From: an uncultured Muribaculaceae bacterium
GTDB lineage: Bacteria > Bacteroidota > Bacteroidia > Bacteroidales > Muribaculaceae
Reading direction: 5' to 3'
Assembly (NCBI GenBank): GCA_964459845.1
Contig: CAYWOC010000005.1
Span: 23,389-87,388, forward strand
DNA length: 64,000 bases
Shown: positions 29,088 to 36,227 of the stretch, piece after piece
Layout of the letters: each line of letters starts with the position of its first letter
Position numbering within the stretch: the stretch's first letter is position 1
Made by a program: the position numbers and the translations under genes
The notes under the pieces: model-generated
Told to the model about the DNA's origin: nothing
The model's database searches: none
The model's input: the letters and a program-made list of their open reading frames with translations, nothing else

Positions 29088-30131
29088 CTATTCAGCCACA
29101 AATTTAGTCGCTTTTGCCGTGCCGTCGGCGAAATGCTTCTTGGCGATATATAGTCTGCCACGCTCTAATGCTTGCTGGCTTATTTTTCTGCCTGTGAGGT
29201 CGAAAATCTCTTCAGCCAGCACTGTCGTATTGCTGTCGATGGCTGTATCTTCAATTCCGGCATCGGGGTCTTTCCCCCATTTCTCAGCCATAGAAGTCAC
29301 CGTGTTTGGGTTTTGCACTGCAAAATGAGCGGCATTTCGGCAAACGTCGGCAAGCGCGTCAGTGAGGACATAGCTTGGCGTATAAGTTATGTCGAGAGCC
29401 GATGTACCTAAGATTTTTTCAACGAATGTGCATGAAGCTGTGTATCTGCCTGGTCCGAAAGTGAGGTGGTATCCGTCGCGGCACATGTGGTCGCCGATGT
29501 AGCTGGTGCGGCAGTTCTGTATGGCAGAGCCTACTGGAATCACTTCGATTCCCACTTCTTCGGCAGCACGGAATGCACAATCCACTATAGCGTCATACAT
29601 CTTCTTCTGGTCGTTGTCATAGAGCGAGAAATAAGAAAAATCGCAGTATGAGTCATAAGCCCAAGTCATATACAGCATCACCTTTGCGTTCTTGTTTACG
29701 AGGTTGGTGTTGAAGTATTCCACCATATTTTTGAGCCAAGGGAAATAATGCTCATACACGCCGCTGTAGTTGTGGTCGGTCTGTATGACAACGTAGTCCC
29801 ATTCTTCGTCGGCAAGGACATCGCTCATGGATGCTGAGGTGTTTATCACATTCATCTCGCAATCCACGAATTTGCGGTAGTCATAGATATGGGAGTCGGT
29901 GGCTATGTAGTTCCAGTGCTGCTCCATCGTGGTGCCGCCAATGTAGAAGTAGCCCACCACAGCATCATATCCCACCGACTGCGCAGCGGCGGCGAGGTGC
30001 TGTCCTGCGGCATCAACTGTGAAGCTGTTGCCGATGCACAGCATCTTCACAGTCTTGCCAGCCGAAAGGCTGAATGCCATTGAGGCAATGGTTGCGAATA
30101 TAAGTGATTTCAAGTAGAGTGAACTCGTCAT
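29088..30131 (-). CDS. DUF4886-like (SGNH/GDSL-hydrolase-fold-like) secreted protein
   Basis: It has a signal peptide. The block KMLCIGNSFTVDA near the N-terminus, with overall size and pattern, resembles DUF4886. The C-terminal ~45 aa (IFDLTGRKISQQALERGRLYIAKKHFADGTAKATKFV) resemble the distal half of a T9SS CTD. Confidence 0.6.
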   Translation of the reverse strand: MTSSLYLKSLIFATIASMAFSLSAGKTVKMLCIGNSFTVDAAGQHLAAAAQSVGYDAVVGYFYIGGTTMEQHWNYIATDSHIYDYRKFVDCEMNVINTSASMSDVLADEEWDYVVIQTDHNYSGVYEHYFPWLKNMVEYFNTNLVNKNAKVMLYMTWAYDSYCDFSYFSLYDNDQKKMYDAIVDCAFRAAEEVGIEVIPVGSAIQNCRTSYIGDHMCRDGYHLTFGPGRYTASCTFVEKILGTSALDITYTPSYVLTDALADVCRNAAHFAVQNPNTVTSMAEKWGKDPDAGIEDTAIDSNTTVLAEEIFDLTGRKISQQALERGRLYIAKKHFADGTAKATKFVAE

Positions 30132-30209
30132 AATCAGTAAATGCTATTGTATATTCTTTTGCAATATTCGTGAAAATAAATAATATATGCAAGAAAAGGT
30201 TGATAATAA

Positions 30210-30241
30210 TTTGCTGAAATGTGACTAATTAGTTACTTTTG
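30210..30241 (+). promoter_or_regulatory. Bacteroidota-type promoter (TTTG-N20-TACTTTTG) upstream of or overlapping the toxin start
   Basis: TTTG lies at 30210..30213. A 20-nt spacer follows, then TACTTTTG at 30234..30241. The final G of the motif is the first base of the GTG start proposed by the ORF track. Confidence 0.45.
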
Positions 30242-30594
30242 TGCTGATTGAAAATTTTCATAATGAAAAGGAATATAATTTTGTCCCAGAGTTTATTGAT
30301 TTTATTCAAAAGTCTAATGATAGAACGCAAGAAAAACTGAAATATGCGATTTCTATACTAGAAATCTTGTATCCAATACCGACAAAATTTGTTAAGCGAC
30401 TTGTTGGAACGGATCTTTATGAGTTACGGGTATCAGTAGATAATGAGGTTAGAGTTATATTATTTTCTGTAGATAATGATAATATAAATCTTGCTACTAA
30501 TGTAATCCTGTTAAATGGCTTTATTAAGAAAAGTACAAAGGACTACGATAAAGAAGTATCAAAGGCATTAAGTATTTTAAGGAAATTGTTATAG
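30241..30594 (+). CDS. Type II toxin, RelE/ParE superfamily (Gp49/DUF891, HigB-like)
   Basis: The block KRLVGTDLYELRVSVDNEVRVILFSV...VILLNGFIKKSTK matches the Gp49-like toxin pattern. An HTH gene follows 7 nt downstream. The start codon is uncertain (GTG at 30241; see findings). Confidence 0.7.
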   Translation: MLIENFHNEKEYNFVPEFIDFIQKSNDRTQEKLKYAISILEILYPIPTKFVKRLVGTDLYELRVSVDNEVRVILFSVDNDNINLATNVILLNGFIKKSTKDYDKEVSKALSILRKLL

Positions 30595-30601
30595 TATTAT
30601 T

Positions 30602-30955
30602 ATGGAGAATAGATTGTCAATAGAGGAATTGACCAAACTGCGAAAGATTAATTTTGCCAAGACGGCAGGATGCGTTGATAGCGAAAAATTTTTAGCAGAA
30701 GAGGTGGGAGCGAAAGGGTCGGCAGCCCGTGCTGATTTTGATGCGAAAGCCAAGGCTTGGTATTACGGAGAAGTTCTGCGTGAACGAAGAAAAGAAATAG
30801 GATTGACACAAAAAGATCTTGCAGAAATGGTAGGCCGTGACAGAACCTACATTAATCGGATAGAGAAAGGGGAAACTGACTTGCAGCTTTCTTCATTCAT
30901 TCGTATTGCATCTGCTCTTGGCGTTTCTTTGAGGTTGGATATGGGTAGCTTATAG
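30602..30955 (+). CDS. XRE-family helix-turn-helix antitoxin (HigA-like)
   Basis: The HTH_XRE core is GLTQKDLAEMVGRDRTYINRIEKGETDLQLSSFIRIASALG. It is tightly coupled to the upstream toxin gene. Confidence 0.75.
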   Translation: MENRLSIEELTKLRKINFAKTAGCVDSEKFLAEEVGAKGSAARADFDAKAKAWYYGEVLRERRKEIGLTQKDLAEMVGRDRTYINRIEKGETDLQLSSFIRIASALGVSLRLDMGSL

Positions 30956-30966
30956 GAATTTACGGA

Positions 30967-32538
30967 ATGATAAAGGAATTACAGATAAGAGTGACACCGA
31001 AAGTGGCTTATTCGGCTGCCGAGGTGAAGAAATATGTTGCACAGCAGGAGCATCTGGAAATCGGTGACTTGCGATTCGTGAAGATTGTGAAACGCTCGAT
31101 TGATGCTCGGCAGCGCAATGTGATGGTGAATCTGAAGGTGCGCATATATGTGAACGAGGAGCCTGCCACTACATCTCTGATAACGCCAATAGATTATAAG
31201 CCAGTGACCGATGGTCGCTCGGCAATAGTGGTCGGTGCAGGACCTGGCGGACTGTTTGCAGCATTACGGCTGATAGAGCTTGGCATTCGTCCGATAGTGC
31301 TTGAACGCGGCAAGGATGTGCATGAGCGGCTTAAGGACTTGGCGAAAATATCACGAGAAGGGGTGGTGGATGAGGATTCCAACTACTGTTTCGGCGAGGG
31401 TGGTGCAGGAGCTTATTCCGACGGCAAACTATACACCCGCAGCAAGAAGCGCGGTTCGGTAGATAGGATACTCAGCATATTTCATCAGCATGGTGCCGCC
31501 GAGGACATTCTTGTGGATGCGCATCCGCATATCGGCACCGATAAGCTGCCGAGAGTGATTGAAAATATGCGAGGCACCATATTGCGGTGTGGCGGAGAAG
31601 TCCATTTCAAGACGCGTGTCACCGACATTGTGATAGAGAATGGCGAGGCTGTGGGCGTGAAGTGCGCCGGCGGTGAGGAGTTTGCCGGACCGGTAATCCT
31701 TGCAACAGGGCATTCGGCACGCGATGTGTATCGCATGCTTAAAGCCAAGAATGTGAAGATTGAGCCTAAGGGAATTGCTGTGGGGGTGCGTCTTGAGCAT
31801 CCACAGGAGCTTATCGACAAGATACAATATCACAGTCCAGAAGGACGGGGCAAATATCTGCCGGCAGCCGAATATAATTTTGTCACGCAGGTGAATGGAC
31901 GCGGTGTGTATTCATTCTGCATGTGTCCGGGCGGATTTATCGTGCCGGCGGCAAGCGGACCCGATCAGCTTGTGGTGAATGGAATGAGCCCATCCAACCG
32001 AGGCACGCGTTGGGCAAATTCTGGAATGGTAGTGGAGGTGCGTCCCGAAGACCTCGTGAATTATGACATGAACGATGCTCTGTGCGTGATGCGTTTTCAG
32101 GAAGACCTTGAGAAGCGATGCTATGAGGCGGCTGGATGCACGCAGAAGGCGGGAGCACAACGTATGCTCGATTTCGTTCAAGGCAAAGATTCTAACGACT
32201 TGCCGCGGTCGTCTTATGCCCCCGGCATTCAGCCGTCGCGGCTCGACAAGTGGCTGCCTGTGTTTATAGCCAAGAGACTGCGCTCGGGCTTTGAGACTTT
32301 CGGCAGATATGCCAAAGGTTTTTTGACCAACGAGGCGATAGTGATAGGCGTGGAGACGCGCACATCGTCGCCGGTGAGGGTGCCGCGGAAGCCGGTGGAG
32401 ATGCGCCACATAGATGTGAGAGGATTGTATCCATGCGGAGAAGGGGCTGGCTATGCCGGAGGAATCGTGTCGGCTGCAATCGACGGCGAGAAGTGTGCCG
32501 AAGCCCTTGCCGAAACTATAGCTGCAATTGGGCATTAG
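30967..32538 (+). CDS. NAD(P)/FAD-dependent oxidoreductase (COG2509-like uncharacterised FAD-dependent dehydrogenase)
   Basis: The dinucleotide-binding motif is AIVVGAGPGGLFAAL. At 523 aa, its length and blocks (CFGEGGAGAYSDGKL, FCMCPGG, YPCGEGAGYAGGI) are typical of this family. Confidence 0.8.
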   Translation: MIKELQIRVTPKVAYSAAEVKKYVAQQEHLEIGDLRFVKIVKRSIDARQRNVMVNLKVRIYVNEEPATTSLITPIDYKPVTDGRSAIVVGAGPGGLFAALRLIELGIRPIVLERGKDVHERLKDLAKISREGVVDEDSNYCFGEGGAGAYSDGKLYTRSKKRGSVDRILSIFHQHGAAEDILVDAHPHIGTDKLPRVIENMRGTILRCGGEVHFKTRVTDIVIENGEAVGVKCAGGEEFAGPVILATGHSARDVYRMLKAKNVKIEPKGIAVGVRLEHPQELIDKIQYHSPEGRGKYLPAAEYNFVTQVNGRGVYSFCMCPGGFIVPAASGPDQLVVNGMSPSNRGTRWANSGMVVEVRPEDLVNYDMNDALCVMRFQEDLEKRCYEAAGCTQKAGAQRMLDFVQGKDSNDLPRSSYAPGIQPSRLDKWLPVFIAKRLRSGFETFGRYAKGFLTNEAIVIGVETRTSSPVRVPRKPVEMRHIDVRGLYPCGEGAGYAGGIVSAAIDGEKCAEALAETIAAIGH

Positions 32539-32613
32539 AATGAGATTGAGCTTATTCACGATCCGTTTATAGACGGCTCACGCTCCGTGTAAGCATTCTT
32601 TTGCATATAATAC

Positions 32614-32650
32614 AAAAAAAGGCGGGTTCTATTCATAGGACCTGCCTTTT
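32614..32650. terminator. Bidirectional terminator-like hairpin
   Basis: The sequence is aaaaaaa-ggcgggttc-(8 nt)-ggacctgcc-tttt, with a 9-bp stem including G-U pairs. It lies between the convergent FAD oxidoreductase and recombinase genes. Confidence 0.5.
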
Positions 32651-32739
32651 GCTCCATTAACCGGTGGATTTCCTATGAAACGTGAGTTGCGTAGGATGTC
32701 CACTTGTTTTGGCGATTATCAAGAAATACTTTAAGTGCA

Positions 32740-33545
32740 TCACCACGTTATTATCTTATCAACAATCTCTTGCTGTTCCATACTGCTTCTTCGTAGATAT
32801 ATGCGAGTGGTTTCGATGCTTTCATGCCCCATAAGATCGGCAAGCAGTGCTATATCGTTGAACTTTGCCAAAAAATTCTTTGCATAGCGGTGTCGGAAAG
32901 AATGCGGATAAACGACTTTTTCGTTCAAGCCATATTTAACAGCATAGTTTTTCAACTGTTGTGAAATGCCTCTTGTAGTGATGCGCTCTCCAAAGCGGTT
33001 AAGAAAAAGATAACCGCTTGTGCGGTTGGCGGTTTGCAGCCATTTCTCTGTTTCCGCGCGCAATGTCTTGGGGATGTAGATACGGCGTATCTTTCCACCT
33101 TGGTGTAGATGTCGTAATAGCCAACCTGCATGTGTTCAACTTTGATTTGTATAAGTTCGCTTACTCTGGCACCAGTTGCCGCCAAGAAGCGCACGACAAA
33201 ATACCATTCAAGATTATCCTCCTTTTTCAACTTGTTTTTAAGAAATGTGTAGTCAGCATTGCTGATAACGTTCTCCAAGTAAGAACGCTGCTGCACTTTT
33301 ACGGACTTCAAACGAAGTTTTGTCTTACCTATGAATATGAGATACTTGTTTATGGCTTGAATACGGAGATTAACCGTCTTCGGCTTGTAGGTCTCAATCA
33401 AGTAAGTTTTGTAAACCAGCAGGTTCTTTTTGTTCAACTCCTTGTGTCGGGTGTCAAACTCTTTCACAGCATAAACGTATGCCGAAATGGTGTTCTTTGC
33501 CATATTACCTTGGCTGAGGAACTCTTCAAATTTGTCTATTTCCAT
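32740..33545 (-). pseudogene. Tyrosine recombinase (phage-integrase family, XerC/D-like) disrupted by a 1-nt frameshift
   Basis: ORF 32952..33545 carries the N-terminal SAM-like domain and the catalytic Arg block (LAATGARVSEL). ORF 32740..33063 carries HSFRHRYAKNF and LMGHESIETTRIYL (HxxR, H, Y). The frames join at about 33096..33100 (minus strand ACCAAG|GTGGAAAG). Adding one G there restores ...DIYTKGGKIRRIYIPKTLRAETEKW... Confidence 0.8.
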
Positions 33546-33659
33546 TCTTATTATGTGTTAGTGAAACATTATGTTGTTCATACATAATAAGTATATGGCG
33601 AAGTTCTATGAGTTCCTATTATGAGAAGTTGTTTTCATCCATCATAAAATCAGCATAAT

Positions 33660-34001
33660 ATGGAATCTTTAAGAAAACATTTGAATCAGCTTCTCAAAGA
33701 GGCAATAGAGTTAGACAATAATCTGCTTAACAGATTGCCGAAATCAATATTACAAGAGGCAATTCAAGGAAAACTTGTTCCTCAAATCGACGAAGAAGGT
33801 ACGGCAGAAACTCTGCTTGAACAAATCAAGGAAGAAAAACTGCGGCTCGTAAAAGAGGGCAAACTAAAGAAGTCTGCCCTCAACGACTCTGTTATCTTCC
33901 GTGGTGACGATAATACTTGTTATCGGAAGTTCTGGATGTGTTTTGTTTTACAAGCCAAAAGACGTGTTACACCCTTTCTGCCGATGTCGGTTTATGCATA
34001 G
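33660..34001 (+). pseudogene. Fragment of a type I restriction-modification specificity subunit (HsdS conserved coiled-coil region only)
   Basis: The stretch LPKSILQEAIQGKLVPQ...LLEQIKEEKLRLVKEGKLKK...VIFRGDDN matches the conserved inter-TRD or C-terminal region of Bacteroidales HsdS proteins. No target-recognition domain is present, and no hsdM or hsdR lies nearby. The tail after about 33930 looks like non-homologous read-through. Confidence 0.55.
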
Positions 34002-34111
34002 TTTTATAATTTCACCGAATCCTATTGCAAATATAGACAAATTTTATGATAATAAATCTTTGAATGTTTGTAAATTCAGTAATGCCATGTATTGTCGGGG
34101 ATAGAAAAGAA

Positions 34112-34145
34112 GCGAGTGTGTGTCGTGGAGGAGACACACACTCGC
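34112..34145. terminator. Terminator hairpin downstream of the TonB-receptor/lipoprotein operon (usable in both directions)
   Basis: The perfect 13-bp stem is gcgagtgtgtgtc / gacacacactcgc with an 8-nt loop. On the minus strand ttcttttct follows it, and on the plus strand tttgtgtt follows it. Confidence 0.6.
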
Positions 34146-34173
34146 TTTGTGTTATGAGGTTGCGGTGATGGGG

Positions 34174-36207
34174 TTATTCAGTCCACCATGTGCAATCCAA
34201 GAATTCAAATTGTCCTTGACCTACGACTTTGTAGCGAACAGTCTCGGTAGAGCTTGAGCCTGTATATACGCCGAATGTCACGGTGTAGATTACGTCAAGT
34301 CCTGAGATTGGAGCTGCATCGGGATGAAGTGTAGAAAGTGCGCCCGGAAGAACTTCCTTGCAGAAGCGATTCTTCATAAGCTCTACAATTTCTGCGTCGG
34401 TCTTGTCGGCATATCCTTCAGGATATTGCTCCTTGGCCTTGTCGGCACGGATATCGACGTTTCCTTGATATGCCGATGTTCCGCAGTAATACTCGTTGTT
34501 GCCGTAGCTTGTGACGTAGAACTTGCCGCTCTTGATGTCGGTAGAGCCAAGAGGCTTGTCGATATGCTCGAATACCCAGTTTACACATGCCTGATAGTAG
34601 GTTGTGCTTATTTCTACACCCTTGCCGGAAGGAAGCACGATGGTGACGTTAGGATCATACATCCACTTGCCGCCAGTCTTCACGAATTGAGCCGATTCGG
34701 TGACATAACCGTTGAACTTAACCCAGTTGGTGCCATCGAAATCATACTTGTCGCATACGAGTGAGCTTGCTCCGCTCTTGTAATATTTGTATGCAATGAC
34801 CTTAGAGTCGCCTTCCTTGGCATAAGGATAGTTGGTCTTTAGGTATATAGGCAAGTAGAAGTCGGGTTCGCTCAAGTTGCTGTATTTCTGCCCCATTTCA
34901 GCATAGTCGTCAGCACCGAGTGCCTTGATGCCAGAATATACGCTCCACTTGCTGCCGTCGAAACGATATACAGCGGCAACGGCATCGCTTGAAACACTGA
35001 ATTGAGAAGACTTCACTTTCTTGGAGATTGAAGAGATGGCTTTAGCTCCAGTTACCACAAAGTTGGTGAATTTTTTGCTTGATATAGCTATGAAATAACC
35101 TGTGACAACATATTTTTGACCGTCAGCGAAGAGTGCCTTCTGCTCGTCGGTACCCATATAAAGGCTGCCTTGCGCAGTCTCAGCACCATCGACAATGAAG
35201 TTGTAGTAGTTACCAGAAATTTTAGCTGTTGCAGTGAACTGTCCATAAATCGCAAGAGAGTTCTCTGTGCGGGTGACTGCTTGGTCGAGGTCGGCACCAG
35301 TGTAAACCTTAGGAGCAGGATAAGCGTAATCCTGATTTCCTGCAATGTTCACAGTGGCAGTAGCACCGGTGACTTGCAAGCCAGTTCCATAGGCGGAAAC
35401 TTCGCCAGTAAGCTCGATTTGGTCGCCAATCTTATAGTCGGCAGCATTGAATCCGCTTGCGTAGTAAACAAGGATAGAGCCTGAATTGTCGGTCAGGATG
35501 AAACCGCGAGAGCAGATTCCTGTGACAATGCCGCGAGCCTCGATGCTTGAGCCAGAGGCTACCGTGCCGATTGCGCTTGTAAGCTCGAAGCTTGGGGTAG
35601 GAGGTGTGACACCGCCAAAGTTAGGCTCAACCGAAGATTCATTGTAATTGACCACAACCATATCACCTTCAGCGGCATCTGTGAATTGATTTGTCAAGAT
35701 GTCGGGGATATTAAATGCGGCAGAAACTTTAGGGGTGAAAGCTTCTACATATTGATTGTCGTCGTCCCAAGCGTAGATATAGTCGTCTTCGCTGATGGTG
35801 TATTCCTTGGCACCGCCGAAAGCGGTGATTTCAGGAACCGACTGACCGACTTTGTAAGTCAATTTAATGGAAGAACCGTCGCTCAAAGTGAAATAAGCGA
35901 AATCGGGGTCACTGAGGAAGTTAGGCACATAGTCCTTAGCCGAAATGTTCTCGGTGAAATAGTGCTGAGTGCCGACAGCCTTGAGTTCCTTGCTAAGAGC
36001 ATCGCCAGCCTTGGCTACGTTGTCGGTGTTGGCGGCAAGGTTAGCATAATCGGCATCGGTGAAGGTGTATTCCACGACTTGCTTGTTCGTGATGGCTGGG
36101 TCACCTTCAAATCCATCCAACTTATCGTTCCAGTTGTTGAGGTCACAACTTGCAACAGTTGTGAGGCAAGCACCGATAAGAAATGAATATATTAGATTCT
36201 TTTTCAT
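34174..36207 (-). CDS. Large surface lipoprotein of unknown function with an OB-fold-like central segment, partner of the upstream TonB-dependent receptor
   Basis: It has a lipoprotein signal (FLIGACLTTVASC). The 677-aa protein carries repeated D-Y...IP/LP..L modules. The central IEARGIVTGICSRGFILTDNSGSILVYY...GDQIELTGEVSAYGTGLQV segment resembles an OB-fold (DUF5689-like, from memory). It lies 20 nt downstream of the receptor gene. Confidence 0.55.
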   Translation of the reverse strand: MKKNLIYSFLIGACLTTVASCDLNNWNDKLDGFEGDPAITNKQVVEYTFTDADYANLAANTDNVAKAGDALSKELKAVGTQHYFTENISAKDYVPNFLSDPDFAYFTLSDGSSIKLTYKVGQSVPEITAFGGAKEYTISEDDYIYAWDDDNQYVEAFTPKVSAAFNIPDILTNQFTDAAEGDMVVVNYNESSVEPNFGGVTPPTPSFELTSAIGTVASGSSIEARGIVTGICSRGFILTDNSGSILVYYASGFNAADYKIGDQIELTGEVSAYGTGLQVTGATATVNIAGNQDYAYPAPKVYTGADLDQAVTRTENSLAIYGQFTATAKISGNYYNFIVDGAETAQGSLYMGTDEQKALFADGQKYVVTGYFIAISSKKFTNFVVTGAKAISSISKKVKSSQFSVSSDAVAAVYRFDGSKWSVYSGIKALGADDYAEMGQKYSNLSEPDFYLPIYLKTNYPYAKEGDSKVIAYKYYKSGASSLVCDKYDFDGTNWVKFNGYVTESAQFVKTGGKWMYDPNVTIVLPSGKGVEISTTYYQACVNWVFEHIDKPLGSTDIKSGKFYVTSYGNNEYYCGTSAYQGNVDIRADKAKEQYPEGYADKTDAEIVELMKNRFCKEVLPGALSTLHPDAAPISGLDVIYTVTFGVYTGSSSTETVRYKVVGQGQFEFLDCTWWTE

Positions 36208-36227
36208 TTTTCAATCATTAATAAGTT

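Noticed and set aside
31912-32559. A 215-aa minus-strand ORF antisense to the FAD oxidoreductase gene
   Set aside because: It is a shadow ORF with an Arg/His/Ser-rich translation and no recognisable family.
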